A program made the translations under genes and the position numbers. A stretch of DNA of 64,000 nucleotides from the NCBI GenBank assembly GCA_964016885.1, contig CAXHJY010001600.1, positions 62,001-126,000 of the forward strand, read 5' to 3'. This stretch comes from Eledone cirrhosa. Lineage: Eukaryota. Below the pieces are notes generated by a model. That model saw nothing but the letters and a program-made list of their open reading frames with translations, made no database searches and had not been told where the DNA came from. Shown in pieces: positions 1 through 12,935 of the stretch (position 1 is the stretch's first letter; every line of letters starts with the position of its first letter).

Positions 1-236
1 TAGTGGTTAGAGCAATTGGAAGGTCGTGAGTTTGATTCTCGGACCAGGTGATGAGCAAGACACTTTATTTTTCACATTGCTCCAGTTTACTCAGCTGTAG
101 AAATGAGTTGCAATGTCACCAGTGCCACGCTGTATCAGCTATTGCCTTTTCCTTGCCTGGACTTGTGCCACAAGGGGGAATTTTGTAGGTGCAAATCCCA
201 CGGTCATTTGTGACCGAAGGCAGTCTTTACCCTTAC
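1..236 (+). mobile_element. tRNA-derived SINE family A, alternative tail (cut by window edge)
   Basis: Head and central block (tagtggttagagca...gagcaagacactttattt..cacattgctccagtttactcagctgtagaaatgag) shared with 31216-31550; the downstream part differs and ends ctttacccttac. Confidence 0.75.
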
Positions 237-953
237 AAAAATGTCATTATTAACTATCCTAATACTATGTATATATGGAATTAAATCATCTTATTTAATT
301 CCAATTAAACAATGCTTCACTTTTAGTTCTCTACAAGAGAGTACATTTGACCAGAACAAAAGAATGTGTATTTAGCAAGAAGTCCTTAAATACAAAAAGC
401 ATAAATAAAATAACTTTTCATAATGAAAATTAAGTATAAAGTCAATTTTGTTTAATACATGTGTGTATGCTTTGTAATATGTATTGTATAGTAAAAATCA
501 ACATTGCACTGAGTTTCCTTTTGTTTACATATTATCTAGGTAGCTGTAGGTAAAAATATGCAATATGTGTTAGATAATTTTATTCAATATTTAGAAAATA
601 TTGTGGAATTTGGTTTTAAAACATTACATATGATCGCATACATTTTAAACAGCAGCATTTTTTATAGCACATGATTATATATGCTTGCCCACGCACATAT
701 ACAGTTACAAAACTATTTTACACGACTAGACCAATAGAAGTTGTAGCCTTATGTTTTAGTACATAACACTCAAATTTAAATAATTATATGACAAAAAGGG
801 AATGCATTTTTCTATTAAGTATTTTTCGATGTCTTCTTGCATTTCCAATAACCTTAATAATATATCACAAGGATAATTATTTAATGAAGTAGGAGTTGCT
901 TTGCTAGGGCTGTTATTTGTGTGGCAATGTTGCAAAAAACTGAATTACACAAC

Positions 954-1598
954 AGAAAGCCTGCATGCTCCGATGGATGTGTAACAGTAATATACGTGAA
1001 CGACAAAGCATAAATGAATTGAGAGAGAGACTGAGCATAAGAGGAATCAAATGCTGTGTGCAGGAGAGGCGGTTGCGCTGGTATGAACATGTGATGCGTA
1101 TGAAGGATGACAGCTGCATAAAAAGGTGCAGAGTACTAGAAGTTGATGGAAACCGCGGAGTGGGGAGACCCAAGATGACCTGGGATAAGGTGATAAAAGC
1201 CGACCTTACCCAATTACACCTCTCAAAGACAATGACACATGACCGTGACTTCTGGCGTCACGCAGTAATACAGAGTACCCAACCTCCCATGGGTACATGC
1301 TGAAGCATATAATATGCCCCCCCACCCCCACCGCAAGGTGGTCGTGGAGGTGCCACAGCAAAAAAGCACCCAGCCCACACTGTAAAGTGGACGTGTAGGC
1401 ACCACGAAAAAGCACCTAGCACTCACTGTAAATGAGGTTGGTGTTAGGAAGGGCATCCATCTGTAGAAATCAAGCCAGATCAGTTCCTGTATGAGCAAGG
1501 CATGGTCAGCCGACCAGACACTGCACACAACAGGACAACCCGTCTAACCCATGCTAGCGTGGAAGAACGGACGTAAAACGGTGATGATGATGATGATG
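954..1598 (+). mobile_element. RTE-clade LINE 3' fragment (subfamily 1)
   Basis: MLRWMC...RRLRWYEHVMRM...GRPKMTW C-terminal RT motifs, 3' UTR and (GAT)n tail. Confidence 0.9.
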
Positions 1599-1680
1599 AA
1601 AGGTTTTGAGAAAAACATATCCAAGATTATAGAAGACATATAGCATGCAAGAGAGATGATTGTTTTGATGTCAAGTGACG

Positions 1681-1852
1681 TGTAAGGAGAATCAGGGTTG
1701 TATAAAAGAGACGAGGTGTCACAATGGAATGCACTTAGTACCCACCTTTCTTAAAGTGATGAGTGAACAGAGCGAGACAACATAAAGTAGAGAGGAGTGT
1801 TTGGCCCTGTGAAGCACCTAGTTTTGGTGCTACAATAAACATAACTGGTACA
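1681..1852 (+). mobile_element. Possible short solo LTR
   Basis: TGTA...TACA ends with internal TATAAAAG and AATAAA; no clear TSD. Confidence 0.3.
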
Positions 1853-2781
1853 TTTTGTAAAATGTTTTGGAATAAGATGTACCCCAATAAAATGCACCCA
1901 ATTAACTCTATAACGTGTTAGTACAGTTAGTTGCCATGAAAATACACCCAGTTAACAGTAATTAGAGTGAAAATTGTTCTATAATATCCTTTTGCATTCA
2001 ATTCTACTGTGTTACACTCTGGGCAAATAGTTTCTAACATAGTTTTAGGTTAATCAAAGCTTTGTGTTTGATATGTAGTAAGTGGAAATTGTGTGGAGGC
2101 CTGTAGACGGGAATGTTCCTGTCTTAGCGAAGGGTAACAGACTTAACCCGTTGCCTAGTTTCACATCACTACTTGATCTATGAGCGCCTCTAACAGAGTA
2201 CATTTTGTAGCAAGCATTCAGACCAGATCTTTTTTTGGGTGATAATATCCATCCACCATTCATAGAGGCATTGAAAAGAATTATGGTTTTTAACCTTTTT
2301 CTCAGACGAAGCAGTAATAAACCCATAGTTGCAATATCATCTATCATTTTACAGCCTAATCAATGATTTCAATTGATTATTACAGTTCACATTTTAAATG
2401 AATCTTAAGTATATTAGCAGCTGTTGCAGAACAAAATACATATATTTTATTCAGGAGAAATTATCATCTATATAACATTTGCAATAATAAGATTACAATC
2501 AAATAATTTTTCATACAGTCAAAAGAGCAAAGCCCTCACTTTAGAAATTGACTCTAAAGTGTTCAATATCATGAATTTTATCAAACCCAGGAGGATGAAA
2601 GGCAATGTTAACATCATCAAGATTCAATAAAAATTTAAATGAAAGTCACTAAATACTACAATACATTTAAGCCTAACAATCTACCTTTTCTGTCAATTTA
2701 GCACCCTGTCACGATGCATGCCTCTCCTCTCAAAAAGGAAATACAAACAAATAAAAATATGAAATCATTCTTTCACCTTAC

Positions 2782-2856
2782 CTTCGCAGATTTTCTGTTC
2801 CTTATCTGAACATGGCTGCACTTCAAACATTCCTTTTTCACATGGTGCAGAACATT
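2782..2856 (-). CDS. Cys-rich exon, TNFR-repeat-like (absent from the ORF track)
   Basis: aatatag|AA TGT TCT...TGC GAA G|gtaagg; 75 nt, phase 1/1; ECSAPCEKGMFEVQPCSDKEQKICE. Confidence 0.75.
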
Positions 2857-2960
2857 CTATATTTCCAAAAATATAAATATATACATGTATAATAACCTTG
2901 CCAGCATCAAAAAGAAGACAGAAAATCTAATGCTTTGTATAGATGATGATGATGATGATG

Positions 2961-3000
<40 letters not shown>

Positions 3001-3200
3001 TTATATACACACACACACACACACACACATATACATAAATATTTATATACATATACATAAATATTTATATATATATACATGTATAAATATTTATATATAC
3101 ATATATATATATATATGATGACGATGATATAACAGAAAAAATGAGTAAGTTTCATTTACATATGAAAAATATTGCGTATTTCACCATACTACCTACACTG

Positions 3201-3256
<56 letters not shown>

Positions 3257-3276
3257 TACTATATATATAGTATAAT

Positions 3277-3407
3277 CCAGAATCAGTTCCTGTATGAAAA
3301 GGACAAGGTCAGCCAACCGGATACTGCCAACAACAGGACAACCCGTCTAACCCATGCTAGCGTGGAGGAACGGACGTAAAACGGTGATGATGATGATGAT
3401 AATGATG
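3277..3407 (+). mobile_element. RTE 3' tail fragment
   Basis: ccagaatcagttcctgtatga...aacggacgtaaaacggtgatgatg matches 1475-1598. Confidence 0.85.
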
Positions 3408-3408
3408 T

Positions 3409-3479
<71 letters not shown>

Positions 3480-3516
3480 GATATATATATATATATACAT
3501 TTATAGATATATATAC

Positions 3517-3551
<35 letters not shown>

Positions 3552-3933
3552 CATATATATACATATATATGTATATAAATGTATATATATCTATAAATGT
3601 ATGTATATATATATATATCTATGTATATATCTATATATATACATATACATACATATATATTTTTACATACACACATATATATATATACATATATTTACAT
3701 ATACATAAACATATATTTACATATACATATATATATATACATATAATTACATATACATATATATATATTTACATATACATATATATATATATATATATAC
3801 ATATATTTACATGTACATATACTTACATATACATATATATATACATATATTTACATGTACATATACTTACATATACATATATATACATATATTTACATGT
3901 ACATATACTTACATATACATATATATATATAAA

Positions 3934-4195
3934 TCATCATCATCATCATTTCATTTTACGTCCGCTTTTTCCCTGCTTGCAAGGGTGGGACGGGAACTGA
4001 TTCTGGCTTGATTTCTACAGCTGGATGCCTTCCTAACACCAGCCTCATTTACAGTGAGTGCTGGGTGCTTTTTTGTCGTGGCACCTCCACGACCACTTTG
4101 CAGTGGAATGATAGGGACCCCAGTCCCTAATATCTCATTTCTACAGCTGAGTAAACTGGAGCATTGTGAAATAAAGTGTCTTGCTCAAGGAAACA
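3934..4195 (-). mobile_element. SINE family A, 5'-truncated
   Basis: Reverse complement of the 3' part of 31216-31550. Confidence 0.85.
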
Positions 4196-4233
4196 TATAT
4201 TTACATATACATATATATATACATATATTTACA

Positions 4234-4265
<32 letters not shown>

Positions 4266-4479
4266 CATACATATATATATATATTTTATATACATATATA
4301 TACATATATATATATACATATTTTATATACATACATATATATATACATATATATATATTTTATATACGTATTTTATATACATATATATATACATATATAC
4401 ATAGTAATAATAATAAATTTGAAGACTAAAATCAAAAGGATAAATATATATGTATATAAAATATACATATATATTTATA

Positions 4480-5791
4480 CGAGGGGGGATCAAAAAGTTC
4501 ACGGAATTTTTCAGAAAATATTCTATTTTAAAAAAAATATGATTTACCATCAATTTATTTTTCTACATAGTTGCTATCCAGATCAATACACTTGACAAGG
4601 CAATGCTTCCAGCTTCGTGAGCCGTCTCTAAAGAAAGTTGAAGGCCTTGTTCGAAGCCATGTGTTGGCAGTGTTTTTAGCTTCTTCAACACCACTAAAAC
4701 AGGTTCCTTTTAGCATTTCTTTGAGTTTTGGAAAGAGGAAAAAGTCTGATGGGGCTAAATCTGGACTATAAGGCGGGTGAGGAAGGACTTCCCATCGAAA
4801 TTCTCGAAGAACTTCTTTTGCAACCCACGCAGAATGCGCTGGTGCATTGTCATGGTGAAACAAGATCCCACCATGAAGTTTCCCTTTTCGTTTCTTGACT
4901 AAAGCCTCTTTCAGCTTCCTTAAAACATTTGCATAGTAAGCTCCTGTCACAGTTCTTTGACCTTCAAGATAATCTATTAGTATCACCCCATCTGAATCCC
5001 AGAAAATGGTGGCCATCACTTTTTGATCCGATTTTTGAGATTTGAACAAAATTGGCCCCGATGATCCACATGGAAGCCACTGTTTTGACTGCTGTTTGGA
5101 TTCAGCATCATACTGGTAGATCCAGGTTTCATCTCCGGTGATGATTCTGGTCAGGAAATGCTCTTCATCAACTTCAATTTTGTTTAATATCGTCAAAGAC
5201 AGATCACTTCGAAGAATCAGCTGATCAGGGTGCAACGCTTTTGGGACCCATCGCGCTGAAAGCTTGCTTAGTCCCAAATTATCGTGCAGAATTGAATTTG
5301 CCGAACCATATGAAATGTCTAGGGACTTAGCTAACTGATTAACTGTTATTCTTCGATCTTCTTCAATTAAAGTCTGAGCAGCCTCAACGTTTTGGTCATT
5401 TTTTTATGTTCCTCGTCTTCCACTGTGATGGTCGTCTTCAAGGTCGTCTCTCCCTTGTTTGAATCGCTGAATCCACTTGTAGACAGCAGTTTTCTTTGGA
5501 GCAGTAGTACTGTAAACTTTAACTAAAACCTCCATAATCTGTGTCCCTTTCCATTTGAGTTTCACCAGAAAATTGATATTCGATCTTATCGCAAAATAAC
5601 TATTTTCCATTGTTCCAAAAATAGGTTTTTTAAAGAGTGTCAGTACTGTACAATAGTCCACGCATAACTGACTGCAAGTGACTAATAGCAAGGTAAACAC
5701 CCAGTGACAATGTTCTGACATGTTTAATATTGTTTTAATCTATTTTTTTCTTACTACGATAAAATTCCGCGAACTTTTTGATCCCCCCTCG
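4480..5791 (-). mobile_element. Full-length mariner (DD34D) DNA transposon, 1312 bp
   Basis: 31-bp TIRs CGAGGGGGGATCAAAAAGTTC(A/G)CGGAATTTT with one mismatch, TA on both sides, internal transposase. Confidence 0.97.
4555..5610 (-). pseudogene. Mariner transposase, 351 codons with one in-frame TAA at 5404-5406
   Basis: ORFs 5404-5721 and 4555-5277 share a frame; motifs WVPKAL, ITGDETW, HHDNA, YSPDLAPSD; 34 residues between the 2nd and 3rd Asp. Confidence 0.93.
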
Positions 5792-5804
5792 TATATATAT
5801 ATAT

Positions 5805-7616
5805 ATACAATGAAGCTCTTGCTCAGAGTGGATTTGTCTTATTACAATGAAGCTCTTGCTCGGAGTGGATTTGTCGATAAGGTAGCATATACAGAGTACG
5901 TAATTAGACCTAGAAGAAATAGATCCCGTCGCATTTGTTGGTATAACCCACCATATAATATGGAGGTGGCATTTGTTGGTATAACCCACCATATAATATG
6001 GAGGTGGCATTTTCCCCTTACACATAAATATAGTAAAATTTTTAATAGAAATACTATTAAAATTTCTTACTCTACGACTCCTAACCTTGCACATAACATC
6101 ACAGCTTCAAATTTAGCTAAACTACCTAGCCGCAGGAACACGTGCAACCCTGTAGTTAGTACTAACTGTAATTGTAGGAATCGGGTTGATTGCCCCCTAT
6201 CCGGGAAATGCCTCTCTAGTAACATTGTCTACAAATGTGAGGTTGAAACACCCACGTCCCGTAGGGCCTACATAGAGTTAACCGCAAATAGTTTCAAGCA
6301 GCGTCTTTACATGCATACCCATTCTTTTCGTTACCCTCTAAGAAGGAATATGACGTCACTCTCAGCTTATATCTGGAGTCTAAAAGACAACCACACCCAA
6401 TATAAGTTACACTGAGAGATCCTAGCCAGGGCTAGATTGTATAACGGAAATAAAAGACCATGTGACCTCTGCGCCACTGAGGCCCTGGAAATACTTTACG
6501 CCACCGACCACATCTTAAACAAAAAATCTGAGGCAATTTCGGCTTGTAAACATAAATTGCACAAAACTTTCCTGTATTACAGCCCCACGTTATACCCTAA
6601 CGGATAGTACGATCTATACGTGGATATTTTACGTCTTGATGTGGTAGCTAAGTATATGTTTTGTTTATACCATTACTTATTTGCATAGGTAAGTATATAT
6701 TACCTGTATGTTTTGTGAAGGTACGATTACCTTCTCGTACGTATATTTGATTGTATATGTTATGGCGTATAATTTTATATTTTCTGGTACATATGGTTTG
6801 GTTATGTGTATACGGGTGTTTTGCGTCTTTGTGAGTATGCAGGTTCGTACGTATGTAGGGTGTGTGTATATGTGTACTTCATGTTTCGGTTGACTTACGT
6901 CTCCGAACATTTGTGTATTTACATGTAGGTATGTGTGTGTGTTTGTTATATACGTATTTATTTATTTATATACGTTTATTTAATTATTTATTTATTTGTA
7001 TACACGCATACACACACACACATATTTATATGTGCGTGGTTTTGTATACCTATGGTTGTGGTTTCGCGTATGCTTGTGTATGTACATATTTGTATGCGTG
7101 TATGTATTTATTTAATTTCTATTACCTCTGTATTGTATTTATTTACTTTGTTCTTAACTCTGAATCGGATATTCATTCGGTCTCCTAGTTAGAATTATAG
7201 TCTACGACTTCTGCTATACCATTTACGTGGTTTTTTCTTTGCGTGCAATTGTTCTCCACGCTCCACATATGACGTATTATCTTCGTTTTTTTCGTTCATT
7301 GCCAGAGAACGTCTCTATGAACCACCTAAGAGAACATTAGTCTATGACCTCTTTTATACCATAAACGTGGTTCTGTCTTTGCGCGTAATTGTTTTTCACC
7401 GCTCCTATTAATGACGTATTATATTCGTTTTTTTCCCGTTCTTTACCAGGGAACGTTTCCACGAACCAAAGTATCGTCTTCCTGTCTTCCTCCGGTTGCA
7501 ACGTTTTTTGAAATATCCACTTCTGCGTTTGCAGATTGACTTTGTTAGTTTCAGAAGATCCCGTTAAGGGTGAAAGCAGCGATTCTTTGCTTAAACATTA
7601 ATCTATTATTTTAATA

Positions 7617-7620
<4 letters not shown>
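5805..7620 (+). mobile_element. Penelope-like retroelement, 5'-truncated (RT C-terminus, GIY-YIG endonuclease, 3' region)
   Basis: RRNRSRRICWYNPPYN, CNCRNRVDCPLSGKC, IVYKCEV...AYIELT..FKQRLYMH; TGA at 6413-6415, frame continues to CDLCATE...LNKKSE...CKH and TAG 6605-6607; small internal tandem duplications. Confidence 0.88.
7545..7600 (+). ncRNA. Degenerate hammerhead-like motif at the 3' end of the Penelope-like element
   Basis: gttt-CAGAAGA-t-ccc/ggg-t-GAAA-gca...tgc-TT-aaac; core differs from CUGANGA at U4. Confidence 0.45.
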
Positions 7621-7676
<56 letters not shown>

Positions 7677-8205
7677 CATATATATATATGTATACATATA
7701 TACATATATATATACATATATACATATGTATACATATATACATATATATATACATATATACATATATATATACATATACATATATATATACATATAAATA
7801 TATACATATATATATACATATATACATATATATATACATATACATATATATATACATATATACATATATATATACATATACATATATACATATATATATA
7901 CATATATATATATATACATATATATACATATACATATATATATATATACATACACATATATATATATATATATACATACACATATATATATATATATACA
8001 TACATATATATATATATATATATACATACATATATATATATATATATATACATACATATACATATACATATATATATATATATACATACATAGACATATA
8101 TACATATATACATACATATACATATACATATATACATATATATATACATATGTATATGTATATATATGTATATATATATGTATATATATATAATATATAT
8201 ATATA
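7621..8205. repeat. (TA)n/(TACA)n microsatellite array
   Basis: Direct reading. Confidence 0.97.
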
Positions 8206-10001
8206 TCATCATCATCAACGTTTAACGTCCTTGTTCCACGCTTGCATGGGTTTGGACGGGGTTTTCCCACTTGAGGCAAGAGTGATTATCTTGCTCGCAT
8301 AGGACTATCTGGCAGGTTTTCTACAGCTGGATGCCCTTCGTAACACCAACCACATTTACAGTGTGGGGCTGGGAAGTTTTTACCGTGTTGCCTACACGAC
8401 CACATTACAGCGTGAACTGTGTGTTTTTTTGACGTGACACCTACACGATCTCATTTGTTTCGGCCTGGATGTTGTGGCACCAACATAACTTTACATTGAA
8501 AGAGGCGGTGTGGATGGGGTGGGGGTGGTGGGACAGTGGTGTATTTTGTTAGAGATGCCTACTGACTGTAGTAGGTTTTACTTTGTATTTAGGTAAGGCG
8601 GGTCTTCTCTATTACTGAGTACCGCCAAAGATCTCGGTCCAGTGACATTGTCTTGGTGAGGTGTAAGTGTGTGAGGTCGGAATTTATCAGCTCGTCCCAG
8701 GTTTTTCTGGGTCTGCCTATTCCGTGGCTACCGTCTATCTTTATTGCCCTGCACTTTGTTATACAGCTATCGTCCTTCATGCGCATCACGTGACCATACC
8801 AACGTAGCCTTCACTCGAGTAAACAACATCTGATCCCTCTTATTTCTAATTTTTCCTTAGTTCATTTATGCTTTGCCGTTCACGTATATTACTATTACAC
8901 ATCCAGCGGAGCATGCATGCTTCGTTTCTCTCTAGTCTGGGTATATACTCTGCACACAATGCCCAGGTCTCACTGCCATGTAACATTGCTGTTCGTATGC
9001 AGGCATCGTACAAACTGCCTTTCATTTTTAGGGAGAACCTTTTAGCGGCTGATAGTGGTATAAGCTCTCTGAACTTTTTCCATCCAGTTCTGACTCTAGC
9101 TACTGTACTTTCAGAGCACCCTCCCGCACTGCTGATTTTGTCACCCAGGTAACGGAAGCTGTCCACTATTTCTATAGAACCAACTGCGCAGTTGAAAGAG
9201 CAAGTATTTGTGGGCACTTGCTGCTACTTATTGCACCTGAGCACTGGCCACATGTAAAATCTATGTTCTTAGTTAGCTTACCTGTGATCCCACTACATCT
9301 TTTATGCACCCATACTTTGTATTTGGGACACAAAATGGAGTTTCTACCTACGCCTTTCCTACACACTGAGCATGGCCATTTCCCAGATGGAGCTGGTGCC
9401 CTATTTTCCTTCCTACAAACTAGAAGTTTAGTCTTAGACAAGTTAACTTTAGTCTTAGACAAGTTAACTTTAAGGCCTTTTGATTCTAGGCCATGCTTCC
9501 ATGTTTGGAATTTCTTCTCTAGTTTAGCCATTGATTCAGCTATGAGCGTTAGATCATCTGCATATAGGAGTTCCCATGGGCAGCCGGTCTTGAACTCCTC
9601 TGTTATAGCCTGAAGGGCAATAATAAATAGTAGGTGGCTGAGAACAGAGCCCTGATGGACGCCAACTTTTACGCTAAACTCTTCACTATATTCGTTGTTA
9701 ATTCTAACCTTGCTGACTGTTTCTTTATACATGGCTTGTATAGCTCTCACAAGCCATTCGTCAACACCTAGTTTTCTAAGAGCCCACCAGATAATGGAAT
9801 GGGGGACTCTGTTGAAGGCTTTCTCCAAGTCGACAAAAGCTAAGTATAGGGGTTTACTTTTAGCTAGGTACTTCTCCTGTAGTTGTCGTAAAATGAAAAG
9901 AGCATCTGTGGTACTTTTGCCTGACACAAAGCCGAACTGCATTTCATCTAGATCAATTCTCTCTCTGATTAGTTGCGCTATTACTTTTTCCGCGACCTTC
10001 A

Positions 10002-10002
<1 letters not shown>
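8206..10002 (-). mobile_element. RTE-clade LINE, 5'-truncated (subfamily 2), frameshifted
   Basis: [33 protein letters not shown] motifs; (CAT)n tail at 8206; inverted near-copy of 17782-19670. Confidence 0.95.
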
Positions 10003-10037
<35 letters not shown>

Positions 10038-10156
10038 GAATACATATACATATATATATATATATATATATACATATGTATATACATACATATATATATA
10101 TATATATACACACATACATATGTATATACATACATATATATATATATATATACACA

Positions 10157-10188
<32 letters not shown>

Positions 10189-10400
10189 CATACATATATA
10201 TATATATACATATGTATATACATACATATATATATATATACATATGTATATACATACATATATATATATATACATATGTATATACATACATATATATATA
10301 TATACATATGTATATACATAAATATATATATATATATATATACACATACATTTATATATATATATATACACACACACATATACATATATATATACACATT

Positions 10401-10446
<46 letters not shown>
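10003..10446. repeat. (TA)n/(TACA)n microsatellite array
   Basis: Direct reading. Confidence 0.97.
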
Positions 10447-10447
<1 letters not shown>

Positions 10448-11439
10448 CGGGATCTCAGGAAGCTTAATTAAGAATGTAGGCTTCACATGTAGCAGCTGTG
10501 CTGGGACAGCAAGCAGCAAACAGCCACAGGAAACAAGTACCACCAATCTCTGGGAGGGCGCTGTAGAAACAGTAGACAGCTTCTGCTACCTAGGTGACCG
10601 AATTAGCAGCGGAGGTGGGTGTTCAGAAAGTACAATAACTAGGGTAAGTACGGGATGGAAGAAGTTCAGGGAACTACTGCCACTGCTAGTTGCAAAAGGC
10701 TTCTCCCTCAAAATAAAAGGCAGACTGTATGATGCATGTATCCGAACAGCAATGTTACATGGTAGTGAGACCTGAGCGTTGAAGGTGGAAGACTTACGTA
10801 GATTAGAAAGAAACGAAGCTTGCCTGCTCCGATGGAAAAGCCTAAATGTATTGAGAGAGAGACTGAGCATAAGAGGAATCAAATGCTGTGTGCAGGAGAG
10901 GCGGTTGCATTGGTATGGACATGTGATGCGTATGAAGGATGATAGCTGCATAAAAAGGTGCAGAGCACTAAAAGTCAATGGAAACTGCGGAGTGGGGAGA
11001 CCCAAGAAGACCTGGGATGAGGTGATAAAAGCCGACCTTACCCAATTACACCTCTCAAAGGCAATGACACACGACCGTCACCTCTGGCGTCACGCAGTAA
11101 TACAGAGTACCCGACCTCCCATGGGTACAAGCTGAAGCATATAGACAATATGCCCCCACACCCTTCCACTGCAAAGTGGTCGTGGAGGTGCCACGGCAAA
11201 AAAGCACCCAGCCGACACTGTAAAGTGGACGTGGAGGTGCCACTGCAAAAAAGCACCGAGCACTCACTGTAAATGAGGTTGGTGTTAGGAAGGGCATCCA
11301 GCTGTAGAAATCAAGCCAAAATCAGTTCCTGTATGAGTAAAGCATGGTATGCCGACCAGACACTGTCCACAACAGGACAACCTGTCTAACCCATGCTAGC
11401 ATGGAAGAACGGACGTAAAAATGATGATGATGATGATGA
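10447..11439 (+). mobile_element. RTE-clade LINE 3' fragment (subfamily 1)
   Basis: [16 protein letters not shown]...MLHGSET*...WYGHVMRM; 3' UTR like 1304-1598; (GAT)n tail. Confidence 0.93.
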
Positions 11440-11538
11440 CACACACACATATATACAGATGAGATTGAGAGTGTAGAGACAAAACTTAAGAGTAACAAGA
11501 CTCACTATTTAGCCAAAATAAATGAATGAGTATTTATA

Positions 11539-11719
11539 CAGTGAAATTCCATTATAACGAAATTCACGTGGTATAAAAAAAAATCTGTTGTAATGAAAAA
11601 TTCATTATAACGAGATCGACTGAAACAAACGAGCGTTTGTTTATATCACCTTGGGAATTGAAAATAATTTGTTATACTGAAAAATTTGTTATAATGGTAT
11701 TTGTTATAACGGAATTCTA

Positions 11720-11721
<2 letters not shown>
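11539..11721. mobile_element. Tc1/pogo-type MITE
   Basis: ta|CAGTGAAATTCCATTATAACGAA ... TTTGTTATAACGGAATTCTAC imperfect TIRs with internal ttataac sub-repeats, TA flanks. Confidence 0.7.
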
Positions 11722-11756
<35 letters not shown>

Positions 11757-12429
11757 AGATGTATGAGAAAGCATAAAATCCATTAACTTTTTAAACACAG
11801 GATATTATTATTCAAAATGGAAAATTAATCAATACAGGATAAGTTTCAGATATCCTGTATATGTTAAATACTAACTATATAACAAACACACACAGTGGTA
11901 CAATGTATGTGTGTGTATGTGTGTGTGTGCATGTGTGTGTGTGTAAGAGAGAGAGAGAGAGAAATCACACATTGATGGTTTCACAAGCCTAAGTAGAAGG
12001 CGATATAATGTATGTATCTTCTAACACCATATCATGGTACATTTATTTCAGTATGCTTCATAGCATCATCTTTACTCCAGCATATATCCACTTCCACCAT
12101 TCACCTATTAAAATTCCTTGAGTTTAGCCTCTCTAATTTGTTTACAATATGCATCCAACAGACCATACTAAATTCATCTCTGTTGAATTGCTGCATATTC
12201 TCTACATTCATCAAACAATTTTCCATGTCATGCAGCATTACAGAGATCATATAGAAATCTTGATTAGTATGAATTTCATCTAAATATGTTTTTTTTTGTT
12301 TCAATATGGTTATAGAACTTAAACTGTTTTCCACCCGCTTCAAACTTGACAGAAGATTTGCCTTCTTGAGAACTAACTGCATTATTGATATGAAAGCAAG
12401 GAGGGTAAATAACAGAATAATTACTATAC

Positions 12430-12552
12430 CTTGGCAAGATTGTCCATCACCATAATATTCACCACTACATACACACTGATAGCTTCCTTTTGTATTTAGA
12501 CAACCTGCATATGCATGACATTGGGCTGTGCCATCTGAACACTCATTTACAT
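12430..12552 (-). CDS. Calcium-binding EGF domain exon (absent from the ORF track)
   Basis: tttattttag|AT GTA AAT GAG TGT...TGC CAA G|gtatag; 123 nt, phase 1/1; DVNECSDGTAQCHAYAGCLNTKGSYQCVCSGEYYGDGQSC fits the cbEGF consensus (DxNEC...CxNxxGSYxC). Confidence 0.92.
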
Positions 12553-12749
12553 CTAAAATAAATTATCAGAAAAATTATCAAAAATATGATTTGTCATCAA
12601 GAGGAAAATAAGAGATATAATTAGAAACAATGCATAAGTCAGAATATAGAAATTTTTGAATCTGTTTTTATGGGACACATTTTTTAATGAAATTTAATGG
12701 ATACTGATAACAACTTTAGTTAATATGATTCATGATTCAAATTACTTAC

Positions 12750-12887
12750 CAGCACATTTTTCATTTAGATCTAGTTTGTAACCTTTGCGACAAATGCATC
12801 GTCCAGTGTTCTCATCACAGCCTTGTTCACACCACCTGGACTCACACATATCAGAGTTGTAGCTCATGAGGATTGGATTTTTTACCT
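12750..12887 (-). CDS. Astrotactin-like gene, EGF-like domain exon
   Basis: atttcag|AG GTA...TGT GCT G|gtaagt; 138 nt, phase 1/1; DMCESRWCEQGCDENTGRCICRKGYKLDLNEKC, six Cys, similar to recalled ASTN EGF1 CEQLCDPETGECSCHEGY. Confidence 0.9.
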
Positions 12888-12935
12888 CTGAAATGATGCA
12901 TTGTAATTCAAAATATGAAAAGAAATCATAAAACT

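Larger units (their letters stand above)
2943..4479. repeat. Compound (TA)n/(CA)n/(GAT)n microsatellite and derived minisatellite array with embedded retroposon tails
   Basis: Direct reading; source of the spurious YIYI ORFs. Confidence 0.95.

Noticed and set aside
2054-2347. 97-aa minus-strand ORF as a further host exon or NUMT
   Set aside because: No convincing splice sites, domain pattern or recognisable mitochondrial sequence; left unassigned.
2907-10467. Many long Y/I/M/C/H/T-rich ORFs (also near 61945-62558)
   Set aside because: Translations of stop-free (TA)n/(CA)n microsatellites; the N-terminal part of the 401-aa ORF 9172-10377 is such an artefact fused to RTE RT.
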